NCBI GenBank assembly: GCA_963748015.1
Contig: CAVVHE010000004.1
Coordinates: 1,376,001 to 1,440,000 of the forward strand
Direction: 5' to 3'
Length of the DNA stretch: 64,000 nt
Origin: Terriglobia bacterium
Lineage (GTDB): Bacteria > Acidobacteriota > Polarisedimenticolia > Polarisedimenticolales > JAIQFR01
The position numbers and the translations under genes were made by a program. The notes under the pieces are model-generated. The model was not told the origin of the DNA and ran no database searches. It saw nothing but the letters and a program-made list of their open reading frames with translations. Within the stretch, counting starts at the first letter, position 1. Every line of letters begins with the position of its first letter. Shown one piece after another: positions 18,873 to 28,978 of this stretch.

Positions 18873-19529
18873 ATGACGAACTGCGAGGCATTCAAGGAAC
18901 TGCTGGTCGCCCGGCTCTACGACGAGCTGGACGCCGACGACGCGCGGCGGCTCGAGTCGCACCTCGGCGACTGCGGCGTTTGCAGGGAAGAGCTCGTTCG
19001 GCTGGGCGCGGCGCGCGAGCTGCTGCGCCACGCGGAGCCCGAGCTTCCGGTGTCCCCGCGAGTCGTCCTCCTGGCGCCCCGCCCCTTCCGCCGCCCGATG
19101 TGGGCGTTCGCGGCGGGCTTCGCGTGCGCCCTGCTCGTCCTCGCCGCCGGATTGGGCGCCGGCTGGACGCTGCGCGGTGCCGGGGAAAGCGGAGCTTCCG
19201 GCCAGGTCGCCGCCGGGCTGACCCGCGCGGACGTGGAGGGCCTCATCCGCGAGCAGGAAGCGCGGCTCGCGCGCCGACTCGAGCCGGCGCCGTCCGGCGC
19301 CAAGCCGTCGTCTCCGGCAGCCCTCGAAGCCGCCGTGACCAAGAAAGACCTCGACGACGCGTTCTCGCGCTTCGAGAAGAAGGTCGACGGCCGCAGGGCC
19401 GCGGACCTCGGCTACGTGCTGGACGCGATCACCTCGTCCGAGCTGAGGTCCTCGGCGCGGATCGGCCAGACCCGCGACGCGTTGCGCTACGTCGCTCTCG
19501 CGAACGACCCGAGGATCAGCGCCCAGTAG
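18873..19529 (+). CDS. Zinc-finger (ZAS, zf-HC2) membrane anti-sigma factor
   Basis: HLGDCGVC motif followed by one TM helix, directly after the ECF sigma. Confidence 0.88.
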   Translation: MTNCEAFKELLVARLYDELDADDARRLESHLGDCGVCREELVRLGAARELLRHAEPELPVSPRVVLLAPRPFRRPMWAFAAGFACALLVLAAGLGAGWTLRGAGESGASGQVAAGLTRADVEGLIREQEARLARRLEPAPSGAKPSSPAALEAAVTKKDLDDAFSRFEKKVDGRRAADLGYVLDAITSSELRSSARIGQTRDALRYVALANDPRISAQ

Positions 19530-21537
19530 GAGGGGCCGCGGGGCGCTCCGATCCGACGCCGAGATCGGCGAGGTGGTCCGCCGCGGCGGGAGCCACCTCG
19601 AGTCCTTCGTCGTCCTGAGCGGTGGACTCCGACCCGCGCGCGCGGAGGAACGCGGCGCGCGCCTCGGTTTCGCGGCCGAGCGCCTCCAGCTCCCTCCCGA
19701 GGAGGTAGGCGCCCGTTCCCGCCCCGATCCCCTTCCCGCCTCCCCAGGTGATCCGGCGGAGGGTGTCCGCGGCGAGATCGTGGCGGCCCGCCTCGGAAAG
19801 AAGGAGCGCGAGGTTCACGAGCGCCGATGCCGAAGCCGGTCCCGGCACGGCACCGTCGGCCGCCGCCCAGGCCGCGGCGACCGCGGGCGAGCGCGCGCCG
19901 TCCGAGCGCAGCGGGAAGACGGGTGTCGCGACGGGACGAATCCGGACGGTGCGGGTGACGCCGTCCGGGCCCGACACCTGCACCTCGATCTCCGATCCCG
20001 GTGCCGCCGCTCGCAACGCTCCGAGCGCCTGCCAGGAGTCCTCGACTCCCTTCCCTCCCACGGCGAGAACGCGGTCGCCGACCGAGATCTGCGCGGACGC
20101 CGCGGGACTCCCGGGCAGGATGTCCACGACCAGGGCCTTCCCCCACTTCCGGCTGTCCGCGAGCCTCAGCCCGGTGGCGCTCCGGAGCCACGCCGGAGGG
20201 GTGGCGTCGGGGAGCGGTCCCTCGACTTTCTCGACGGTTCGGAGGAGAGGGCTGAACAGGAGCCGGCGATCCGCGGACCCCTCGCCCGCAGCCGGGATCA
20301 CCGCCATCGCGAGATCCGTTCCGGGCGGGAGCGTCACCGACTCCCAGCCGGCCTTCGCCGCCAGGTCGGCGCCCGCGGGAAGAGGCAGCGGGGGCCGCGC
20401 GCTGAACGCGCGAGCGAACGACTCGAGTGCCGGCGGCCATTCGGCCGCGAACCTCGCGAGGTTCGGCCGGGGACGGATCTCGACGCCGAGGCCGCCCTCC
20501 TCCGGCAGCTCGATCCGGTCCCACCAGATCACGCGCGATCCCGCGCGCACCTCGACCTCTCGCTGGCCCGGGCAGAGGTCGAGCGGCTCGACCGGTAGCG
20601 TCCCCGACAGCACGCCGTCCACCCGCAACTCGGCGCCGGGGACCGAGCCCTCGAGCGTGAGACGGGCGCGGACGGGATCGAGGACCATCGGGCCGATGGC
20701 GAGAGGCGCGTGGTCCATCAGGTCCACGGTGATCATCCGCGAGTGCCGGACGGTCCGGTAACACGGCTTCGACAGGACGATCTTGTGCTCTCCCGGGGCG
20801 AGGTCCTCGACCGTGAGCTCGGCCGGCGCGTCGGCGCCGCCGGAAGCCGGCTTCGCGGTCTCCCCCGCCGGCGCCCCGTCCACCGTCACCCGGACGCCGT
20901 CCGGATCGGTGCGCACCACGATGCTTCGGGCGTTCGGGACCATGCGGATGGTGAACGGCGTCTCCTGTCCCGCGGCCACGTCGATCGTCCTCTCGAGCGG
21001 GTCGAACCCCTTCCGCTCGAGACGGAGCACGCGGCTCCCGTGGAGCACGGGGACGACGCCGCTCGAGAGACGCTGCGCGGGGCGGCCGTCCACGACGATC
21101 TTCGCGTCGGCGGGGTCGAGGTCGAGGCGCAGCGTCCCGACGAGAGCCGCCCTCGCCTTGTCGTAGCGCGCGATCGCCTTGCGGGACGCGACGGCCGCGT
21201 CCGGCTGGAAGGCGGGGTCGAGGGCGAGGATCTCGCGGTAGTCCTGCTCCGCCGCGTCGAGCGCTCCTGTCGCGGCATGGGCCTGCGAACGGAGCGCGAG
21301 CGCGTCCACCCGCGTGACCTCCTTGACCGCCGGGTCCCGGAGGACCGTCTCGATGCGCGCGAGCGCCGACTCGAACCGGAGACCGAGCAAGTCTTCGCGG
21401 ATCGCCTCGAGCGGCGAGCCGGGCGGCGCCTGCGCGGGCGCGCTCGCCGGCGGCTCCTCCGCCCGGAGGGCGGCGGCCGCGAGCGGTAGCGCGGCAATCG
21501 CCAGGACGGCGAGGAGCGTGCGCACCGCGGCCCTCAT
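19516..21537 (-). CDS. Secreted TPR + PEGA repeats + PDZ protein
   Basis: Signal peptide, N-terminal TPR, three PEGA-like units (DPADAKIVVDG, DPDGVRVTVDG, VPGAELRVDG), PDZ (PGSPAASAQISVGDRVLAVGG), C-terminal TPR. Confidence 0.78.
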   Translation of the reverse strand: MRAAVRTLLAVLAIAALPLAAAALRAEEPPASAPAQAPPGSPLEAIREDLLGLRFESALARIETVLRDPAVKEVTRVDALALRSQAHAATGALDAAEQDYREILALDPAFQPDAAVASRKAIARYDKARAALVGTLRLDLDPADAKIVVDGRPAQRLSSGVVPVLHGSRVLRLERKGFDPLERTIDVAAGQETPFTIRMVPNARSIVVRTDPDGVRVTVDGAPAGETAKPASGGADAPAELTVEDLAPGEHKIVLSKPCYRTVRHSRMITVDLMDHAPLAIGPMVLDPVRARLTLEGSVPGAELRVDGVLSGTLPVEPLDLCPGQREVEVRAGSRVIWWDRIELPEEGGLGVEIRPRPNLARFAAEWPPALESFARAFSARPPLPLPAGADLAAKAGWESVTLPPGTDLAMAVIPAAGEGSADRRLLFSPLLRTVEKVEGPLPDATPPAWLRSATGLRLADSRKWGKALVVDILPGSPAASAQISVGDRVLAVGGKGVEDSWQALGALRAAAPGSEIEVQVSGPDGVTRTVRIRPVATPVFPLRSDGARSPAVAAAWAAADGAVPGPASASALVNLALLLSEAGRHDLAADTLRRITWGGGKGIGAGTGAYLLGRELEALGRETEARAAFLRARGSESTAQDDEGLEVAPAAADHLADLGVGSERPAAPPTGR

Positions 21538-23027
21538 GGGAACCTCACCGTCGTCCCGCTCCCTTCCGCGAGGACGTCGAGCGAGCCGTCCGCGCCGAGG
21601 GCGATCATGTCGGCGCGCTCGAGCCCCGAGCCGCGGATCGGGAGCCTCTCGCGAACCTCGCCGTCGGGGCCGAGCAGCACTACCTCGCCCGTCTTCCTGT
21701 CGAGCACGGCGACCTCCCCTGCCGGATCCGCGGCGATCGCCTCGGGCTTCTCGCAAGGAATCGACGCCGCGGGGCGAAGGCTCCCGTCGGGAAGCACTTC
21801 CACGAGCCACTTCGTCTTCGCATCGAGACCGACGAGACGCGCGCCGTCCCAGACGAGACCGGCGAGCCGCACCTTGCCGGTCGCCCCCAGCAGGGTCGCG
21901 GGCGTCGCGGCTCCCGGCTCGAGAACGCCGATCCTGTCCCCCTTGCGGTCGAGCGCGAAGATGCGGCCCCATTCGTCGGCCGCGATGGCGGAAGGCGACT
22001 CGAAGTCGCCGAGCTGGGCCACCGGAACGGGCCCGGACGGGAGCAGCCGGTAGAGCTTCTCGCCGGCGGCCGCGAACCGGCGCCCCATCGGATCTTCCGT
22101 GAGCGCCTGCACTCCCGGCAGCGTCCACCGCGTTCCCGGCGTTCCGTCCACGCCCAGCTCGAGGATCACGTCGTCCTTGCGGTCGGCCAGGAGCAGCCCG
22201 CCGTCGCGGAGACGCGCGGCCGCGGCGATGCCCCGCAGTCCCGAGGACGAGGTGACCACCGTGCCCCCCGCCCACCGTCCGCCGACCTTCGCGCCGCGCA
22301 GCGCGGTTCTCACGGCGAGATCCCTGATGTCCGCGGTCTCGCGACCGGCGTCGGCCCCCGACCCGGCCACCTCCTCGAGAAGCGCCGCCGCTCGGCGCGG
22401 GTTGCCGTCCCGCAGCAGGAGCATCGCCAGCCGGGCACGCGCGCGGATCCCGGCGCCGGTCGCCGGGTGATCGATCGCGAGCCTCTGGTACGCCGATCGC
22501 GCGCGCTCCCGCTCGCCCGATCTCTCGTCGATCCACGCCACTCCGAACCGCGCGGCCGTGCGCCAGCGCTCGTCCGCTGCGCCCGGTCCGACCGCCAGGA
22601 ACTCCAGGCGCGCTCGGGCCGGGTCGCGGCCCGGGAGAGGCTCGAGGCGCAACAGCGCCCGCAGCACGCGCGCTTCGCCCGCGCGGTCGCCGCTCGGGAG
22701 CGAGTCGACCGCCCGTCCGAGGAGTCCGCCCGCACGCTCCGCCTCGGGGGCCGCGAGGCGGCCCAGCTCGCCCGGCCACGCCGCGACACCCAGGAGCAGC
22801 GCCTGCTCGACCAGCGCGTCGTCGGCGAGTGGCCCCGTCGGGTCGAGCTCGTAAACCTTGGCCAGCGCACCGGAGGCGTCGGGAGATCCTTCCGCGACGA
22901 GGCGCCGGGCCACGCGGTACTGCTTCGCCGCCCCTTCCGGATCGGCGGACGCCGCCCCGGCGGCCAGCGCACCATCCGCCGCGAGGAGAACGACCGCTGC
23001 CAGCGCCGCGCACGAGGGCCGCCTCAT
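21534..23027 (-). CDS. Secreted TPR + NHL-repeat beta-propeller protein
   Basis: Signal peptide, TPR helices, repeats PSAIAADEWG / PEAIAADPAG. Confidence 0.72.
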   Translation of the reverse strand: MRRPSCAALAAVVLLAADGALAAGAASADPEGAAKQYRVARRLVAEGSPDASGALAKVYELDPTGPLADDALVEQALLLGVAAWPGELGRLAAPEAERAGGLLGRAVDSLPSGDRAGEARVLRALLRLEPLPGRDPARARLEFLAVGPGAADERWRTAARFGVAWIDERSGERERARSAYQRLAIDHPATGAGIRARARLAMLLLRDGNPRRAAALLEEVAGSGADAGRETADIRDLAVRTALRGAKVGGRWAGGTVVTSSSGLRGIAAAARLRDGGLLLADRKDDVILELGVDGTPGTRWTLPGVQALTEDPMGRRFAAAGEKLYRLLPSGPVPVAQLGDFESPSAIAADEWGRIFALDRKGDRIGVLEPGAATPATLLGATGKVRLAGLVWDGARLVGLDAKTKWLVEVLPDGSLRPAASIPCEKPEAIAADPAGEVAVLDRKTGEVVLLGPDGEVRERLPIRGSGLERADMIALGADGSLDVLAEGSGTTVRFP

Positions 23028-24965
23028 CGCCTGCCCCCCCTCTCGAATCCGAATCGCAGCGGCGGGTTGTTCGAGCCGGCGACCAGCTCCACGTCCTGCT
23101 CCTTCGACTCCCCGGTGGGCTCGTAAACGACCTTCACCCGGTACTTCCCCGCGGCCACCTCTCGCTCCGTCGGAGCGTCGTCCAGGAATCGCCAATCCGT
23201 CCCCTCGCGCCGCAGGTAGACCTTGCAGTTGCCTGGAAACGCCTGGACCACGAGCTCTGCCATTCCCGGGAGCTCGAGGCGGGGCGTCGCCGTCTCCCCG
23301 GCGGCAACCTCCACCTCGGCGCGAACGTCGAGCCAGCGCTCGTCGTCGGTCGCGCGGAGCTCGTGCTTCCCCTCGGGCAGCTCGATCGTGCCGCTCCCCT
23401 TCTGGACCCGCCGGCCATCCACGAGGAAGGCGACCGGGAAGCGCGTCTCCGGCAGCTTCAGACGGCCGGTGGGAATGGCGGCGAGGCGCAGCCCCGCGGC
23501 GGCCGTCCGGGCCTCGAGCGGCGTCGCACCCTTCGAGATCGCGACGCGGGTGTCGCGGAACCCCCTCGCCGTCGCCTCGAGGACGTTGTCGCGGCAGAGC
23601 TCGAGAACCATGCGGGCCGGCGCGGCGAGCGCCTCGGCGCCGTTCAGCCGCACGCGCGCCCCGGCGACTCCGGGGTCCGCCACGACCTCGGCCGAGACCG
23701 GGTCGAGAACCAGGACGACCTCGCCACCGCCGTCCTCCGGGGCGAGCGTGTGGGACGCCTTGCGGCAGTCCTGCTCGGCCGTGAGCACGCCGAACGGCCC
23801 GGAGGCGGGGAAGCGAACGGCGTCCGCGGCGAGCGGCTTGCCGTCGAGGCGCAACGGGATTCCCGGGGGCTCGGTCCTGACGCGCGCGTCGAGCATCACC
23901 ACGGCAGGCGTCGACGGCGTGCCGGGCAGCCCTCGAAACACGATGTACGCTCCCGCCGCCGCTGCGGCGAGCACTCCAACCCCGCCGAGGATTCCGGCGA
24001 TCCTCCCCTTCGATCGACGGCCGGACGCGGGGGCAGCCGTCGCGGGCCCGGCAGGTGCCGCAGCCTTCGGCCTCGCCCCCCCGGCCACGGCTGTCGGCGG
24101 CGGAGGCGGCGCCGCGCCGGGCGGCGCCGCCGCGAACGTCCCGGCGCCCGCCTGCCGCAGCACGCCGGCAAAGGCGTCCCCGTCGGCGAACCGGTCCTCG
24201 GGCTTCTTGGCGAGGGCCTGTCGCAGGAACTCCGACAGGCTGTTCGGCAGCGACGGCCGCTGCGTGAACGCCTCGGGGGCGTCCTCGTTCACGATCCGGT
24301 AGAGCACCGACGAGACCGACTCGCCGCCGAACGCCTTCTCGCCGGTCAGCATCTCGTAGAGGACGACGCCGAGCGAGAAGAGATCGCTCCGGCCGTCGAG
24401 CGGGTCGCCGCGCACCTGCTCCGGCGACATGTAGGCGGGCGTTCCCATCAACATGCCGTCCTGGGTCAGCTGGGTCTGGGGGTTCTTGGCGAGGCCGAAG
24501 TCCATGATCTTCACGGACGTCTCGCCGAGGCGCATCAGGTTGGCCGGCTTCACGTCCCTGTGGACGATGCCGGCCTTGTGCGCATAGGCGAGGGCCTCCG
24601 CCGTGCGAGCGACGAGTTCGACGACGGTCCCGACGGGAAGCAGCTCGTCGGGTCGGCAGAACGCGTCGAGCGTCTGCCCCTCGACGTACTCCATGGCCAG
24701 GTACGGGACGCCGTCGGCCTCGCCGACGTCGAAGATCGTGACGATGCCGGGGTGAAGGAGCCTCCCGGCGGACCGGGCCTCGCGGAGGAACCTCTCCCTC
24801 GCGGCGGCCTGCTCCGCCTCGGGAAGCGCGGAGAAGACCGAGATCGCCTTGATCGCGACCGGCCGGTCGATGTCGCGGGTCGTGGGCCAGGAACACCCGG
24901 CCCATGGCTCCGCGTCCGAGCTCCTTGACGACCCGGTAGCGGCCGAGATATTGGACCTGCTGCAT
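23024..24965 (-). CDS. Hanks-type Ser/Thr protein kinase with TM and PEGA-like extracellular part (one apparent frameshift near 24876)
   Basis: LGRGAMGRVF is in one frame; VAIK, HRDVKPAN, DFG, GTPAYMSPEQ are in another; the join at AHDP/DIDRP needs loss of one base. Confidence 0.88.
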
Positions 24966-24996
24966 CGCTCGGGGTGACCCCGGCGCGAGGCTCGAC

Positions 24997-25602
24997 TCAG
25001 GACGGCAAGGAGCCCGCCCGACCGTCCTCTCGCTCGAGGTCGGCCAGGTACTCCTCCACGAGCCTGCGCTGCGCGGTTTCGTCGAGGCTCGAAGCCACGA
25101 GTTTCGCGGCGGCCCGGACCGCGAGGTCCGCGGCAGCCGCCCGAATCTCTCCCTGCGCCTGACGCAAGGCGGTCTCGACCTGCGACTGCGTCTGCTTCAG
25201 GGTCTGCTCTCGCTGGCGGCGGGCTTCCTCGAGGATCTCCGCCTTCAGGCGCTCGGCGTCCTTGCGTCCCGCCTCGACCGCCTCCAGCCGTTCCTGCCGC
25301 GCCTGCGACAGGATCTGCCGGTGCTGCTCGATCAGCGTCGCGGCCTCGTCGCGGTCCCGCCGCGCCTGCTCGATGCTCTCCCGGATCGCCCGCTCCCGCT
25401 CCTCGATCGCTCCGAGGAGCGGCTTCCACGCCACGAGCCGGAGGAACACCGCCAGGGCGATGAACGTCACCACCGTCCAGAAGATGGTCCCGATCTCGGG
25501 CGTGATCAGGGCGCTGCTGCCGCCCCCGCCCTCGGCCTCCGAGGCGAGCGCGGCGGAGGCGAAGCAGGCCAACGCCAGCGGGAGCAGGATAGGGCGCCGC
25601 AT
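24997..25602 (-). CDS. atpF: ATP synthase F0 subunit b
   Basis: TM then AWKPLLGAIEERERAIRESI coiled coil; position after atpE. Confidence 0.92.
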   Translation of the reverse strand: MRRPILLPLALACFASAALASEAEGGGGSSALITPEIGTIFWTVVTFIALAVFLRLVAWKPLLGAIEERERAIRESIEQARRDRDEAATLIEQHRQILSQARQERLEAVEAGRKDAERLKAEILEEARRQREQTLKQTQSQVETALRQAQGEIRAAAADLAVRAAAKLVASSLDETAQRRLVEEYLADLEREDGRAGSLPS

Positions 25603-25613
25603 GGTGCCGTCTC

Positions 25614-25847
25614 CTACTTGAACGCGAGGATGATGCAGATGACCAGCGCGAAGAGCGTGGCCCCCTCGATCAGCGCCGCGGCGATGATCATCGTGGTTTG
25701 GATGTTCCCCGCGGCCTGCGGCTGCCGGGCGATGCCGTCCATCGCGCTCGCGGCGAGCTTTCCGATGCCCGCGCCGGCGCCGACGATCGCAAGGCCCGCG
25801 CCGAGTCCCGCGGAGAGGAACGCGAGGGCCAGATTCAGCTTCTCCAT
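25614..25847 (-). CDS. atpE: ATP synthase F0 subunit c
   Basis: GAGAGIG, ARQP, ALIEG. Confidence 0.97.
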   Translation of the reverse strand: MEKLNLALAFLSAGLGAGLAIVGAGAGIGKLAASAMDGIARQPQAAGNIQTTMIIAAALIEGATLFALVICIILAFK

Positions 25848-25886
25848 GACAGGGATCCTCCTTTCGAGCTCCCGTGGACGGCGCGG

Positions 25887-26729
25887 TCAGTGCGCCGGGT
25901 GCACGGACATGCCGATGAACAGGGACGTCAGCATCGTGAAGATGTAAGCCTGAAGAAACGCAACCAAGATCTCGAGCAGGTAGATGAACAGGGCGAAGGG
26001 GACGGACACTGCCGCCATGTACGCCGTCTTCATGAGGAAGATCAGGGCGATGAGGCTCAGGATCACGACGTGCCCGGCCGTCATGTTCGCGAAGAGCCGG
26101 ATGCACAGGGCGAACGGCTTCGTGAACATGGAGAGGAACTCCACCGGGAGCATGATCGGAAGCAGCCACGCCGGGAGGCCGGGGGGGACCAGGTTCTTGA
26201 AGTGGCCGACGACGCCGTACTCCCGCATGCCCGACGCCTGGATCATGGCGAAGGCCATGATCGCGAGGCCGGCGGTCACGCTGATACCCGAGGTGGCGGT
26301 GAAGAACCCGGGAACGAGGCCGAGCAGGTTGCAGGTCAGGATGAAGAAGAACGTGGACAGGAGATACCCGACGAACCTGTCCGCGTGGTGCGATATGTTC
26401 TTGCGGGCAATCTCGTTCCGTACGAACAGGATGAGCATCTCGAGGACGCCGCGCAGCCCTTTCGGCACGGGGTCCTTCGATCGCCGGGCCGCGAGCCCGA
26501 AGATCGTCAGGAGGATCCCGCTGGCGATCCACATCATGACGATGTTCCGCGTGATGGAGAAGTCGTAGCCGCCGATCTCGATTCGCGGGAGATGAACCAC
26601 GGTCTGGGTGAACGGGATCTCGATCTGATTCGAGTCGAGGATGTGGTGCATGATGTAATCGCCCGCGTTGAAGCCCGCTCCGGCGTGCTCCGCGGCCTGC
26701 CCCACCGCCCCCGCTTCCGCTCCGCTCAT
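25887..26729 (-). CDS. atpB: ATP synthase F0 subunit a
   Basis: NLLGLVP, IRLFANMTAGH, LQAYIF. Confidence 0.97.
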   Translation of the reverse strand: MSGAEAGAVGQAAEHAGAGFNAGDYIMHHILDSNQIEIPFTQTVVHLPRIEIGGYDFSITRNIVMMWIASGILLTIFGLAARRSKDPVPKGLRGVLEMLILFVRNEIARKNISHHADRFVGYLLSTFFFILTCNLLGLVPGFFTATSGISVTAGLAIMAFAMIQASGMREYGVVGHFKNLVPPGLPAWLLPIMLPVEFLSMFTKPFALCIRLFANMTAGHVVILSLIALIFLMKTAYMAAVSVPFALFIYLLEILVAFLQAYIFTMLTSLFIGMSVHPAH

Positions 26730-27139
26730 GCCCGCTCAGCACCCCCGCGGCCGGCGCCATCACGCCGCCCCGCACGATAGAAGAACGCCATCTCGTACAC
26801 CATCAGCGGCCCGAAGCCGCTTCCGAGCCCCACGAAGTAGGCCCAGAGCGACCCTCGCCCCGCCGAGGCCGCCGCCGCCGCGCCGGCCAGCGTCGCGGCG
26901 ATCCGGCCAAGGATACCCGCAACCATCGCCGCAAGAAAGCCCGAACCCGACTTTCCGTGGGCTGCGGCGAGCCAGGCGCCCGACGAGAGCCCGATCGCCG
27001 TCATCAGACCCCAGCCCAGCCCTCCCCAGAGCAGCGCTCCGGTGGACGCCGGGAGGGTCAACGCCCACGCCGCGCCCCCCGATGCGGCCGCCACGGCGGC
27101 GGCGCCGGCCAGGAAGCGGCGGGCGCGGTCGCCGCTCAC
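26726..27139 (-). CDS. ATP synthase protein I-like 4-TM membrane protein
   Basis: Hydrophobic 4-helix ORF coupled between atpZ-like gene and atpB. Confidence 0.65.
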   Translation of the reverse strand: MSGDRARRFLAGAAAVAAASGGAAWALTLPASTGALLWGGLGWGLMTAIGLSSGAWLAAAHGKSGSGFLAAMVAGILGRIAATLAGAAAAASAGRGSLWAYFVGLGSGFGPLMVYEMAFFYRAGRRDGAGRGGAERA

Positions 27140-27384
27140 TTCGCCCGTCCTCCCGGACCCTTTCGCGGAGGCAGCACCGTCCGGAAAAAAGCCAGGAAGC
27201 CCGCGGCCATCCCCAGCAGGGAACCGGCGATGAGGATCCACGGCTCCGTGCCGAACCGCTTGTCCATCCACCGCCCGAGGAGCACGCCGACCAGGAGCGG
27301 GACCGCGATCTCCGTCCCGACCCCGACGTAGGACCAGGGTGACGGCCCCGAAGGCCCCGGCTCGCTCTCGCCCGGTCCGCTCAC
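27136..27384 (-). CDS. AtpZ/AtpI-family protein
   Basis: GVLLGRWMDKRFGTEPW motif. Confidence 0.85.
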   Translation of the reverse strand: MSGPGESEPGPSGPSPWSYVGVGTEIAVPLLVGVLLGRWMDKRFGTEPWILIAGSLLGMAAGFLAFFRTVLPPRKGPGGRAK

Positions 27385-27430
27385 TGGCGCTCCTCGCGCC
27401 GCCCGCGTCAATGTAGCAGCCCTGTCAAGT

Positions 27431-28978
27431 TCACCTTACGGCGAGGGGCAGCAGGGCGTATTGAGCAAAACGGATGAACGGCTGGGGATAGATGCCGACG
27501 ACCAGGGTGAACACGAGCGAGACGGCCAGGGCGGCGGCCAGCGGCGCCGGAACCTCCACGCGTCGCTCGGTTTCCGGCGGGGACATGTACATCGCGACCA
27601 CCACGCGAACGTAGTAGTAGAGCGAGATCGCGCTGTTCACGACCGCGATCACGGCGAGCCACGCGTAGTCCGCCTTGACCGCGGATCCGAACAGCCACCA
27701 CTTCCCGATGAACCCGGAGGTGGACGGGATTCCGGCGAGCGACAGGAGGAACACCAGCATGGTCGCCGCCGCCAGCGGATTGGTCTTCGCGAGCCCGCGG
27801 AAGTCCTCGACGCGGTCCCCCACGATGTCGCGCCGGCGCAGCATCGCCACCAGGCCGAACGCTCCCATGTTCGTGAAGGTGTACACGAAAAGGTAGAGAA
27901 CGACCGCGGTCATCCCGTAGCGCTGGGTCAGGGGGTCGCCGCCGGAGGCCCCCACCGCGATCAGCCCGAGCAGCATGTATCCCGCGTGCGCGATGGAGGA
28001 GTAGGCGAGCATCCTCTTGACGTTGTCCTGCAGGATCGCGACGACGTTGCCGAGGGTCATCGAGGCGATGGCGAGGACCACGAGCAGCGGCGTCCAGTCG
28101 GCCGCAAGACCGTAGAATCCGCGGAGGAACACCCGGAGGAACATCGCGAACGCCGCCGCCTTCGCGGCGGTGGAGATGAACGCGGTCACCGGGGTCGGCG
28201 CCCCCTCGTACGCGTCGGGGGTCCACATGTGGAACGGCACCGCCGCGATCTTGAAGGCCATGCCGACCAGGACCAGGATCGCGCCGACCTGGAGAAGACT
28301 CCGGGGCGCGGCGGTTCCCTGCGCGATCGCCGCGGCGATGCCGTCCAGGTTGAACGAGCCGGTCGTCCCGTAGACCAGCGACATGCCGTAGAGCAGGATC
28401 CCCGAGGCGAACGCGCCGAGGAGGAAGTACTTCAGGGCGGCCTCGTTCGACTTGTGGCTCGCCCGGGTGAACCCCACGAGCACGTAGACCGACAGCGCCA
28501 TCGTTTCGAGGCCGATGTAGAGGACCGCGAAGTCGTTCCCCGAGGCGAGCATCATCATGCCGAGGACGGCGAAGACCACCATGGCGTAGAACTCGCCGGA
28601 CTGCGCCCCCTCGTGATCCAGGAAGCGCGCGGCCATCAGGATCGCCAGGGCCGCGCCGATCAGGAAGATGATCTTGAAGACGATGGAGAAACCGTCGGTC
28701 AGATAGGCGGGCCTTCCCTCGGCGTCGGCGAACGTCGCCTGCCCGACGCCGGGCTCGACCTTCGGGCCTGCGCCGGGGGCCGCGGGGCCGTACGACGCGG
28801 CGAGGAACGCGACGGCCACGATCCCGACGAGGGCGACCGCCGCGATCGAGCGGCGGCGCTCCGGCGGCAGCGCCGCCGAGAGGCCGAGAAGGACGAACCC
28901 CACGACCGCCAGAAGCAGCTCGGGCTTCAGCCAGGCGAGGTTCTCGACGAAGACCCTCGGGTCGAACCCTCCCATCAC
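27431..28978 (-). CDS. nuoN: NADH-quinone oxidoreductase subunit N
   Basis: EAALKYF, FKIAAVPFHMWTPDAYEGAP, KRMLAYSSIAH. Confidence 0.96.
   Translation of the reverse strand: MMGGFDPRVFVENLAWLKPELLLAVVGFVLLGLSAALPPERRRSIAAVALVGIVAVAFLAASYGPAAPGAGPKVEPGVGQATFADAEGRPAYLTDGFSIVFKIIFLIGAALAILMAARFLDHEGAQSGEFYAMVVFAVLGMMMLASGNDFAVLYIGLETMALSVYVLVGFTRASHKSNEAALKYFLLGAFASGILLYGMSLVYGTTGSFNLDGIAAAIAQGTAAPRSLLQVGAILVLVGMAFKIAAVPFHMWTPDAYEGAPTPVTAFISTAAKAAAFAMFLRVFLRGFYGLAADWTPLLVVLAIASMTLGNVVAILQDNVKRMLAYSSIAHAGYMLLGLIAVGASGGDPLTQRYGMTAVVLYLFVYTFTNMGAFGLVAMLRRRDIVGDRVEDFRGLAKTNPLAAATMLVFLLSLAGIPSTSGFIGKWWLFGSAVKADYAWLAVIAVVNSAISLYYYVRVVVAMYMSPPETERRVEVPAPLAAALAVSLVFTLVVGIYPQPFIRFAQYALLPLAVR

Noticed and set aside
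19516..26775. Very long fused ORFs (1165, 1143, 801 and 592 aa) in the ORF track
   Set aside because: Their N-terminal parts are off-frame read-through of neighbouring genes in high-GC DNA; real starts are internal.
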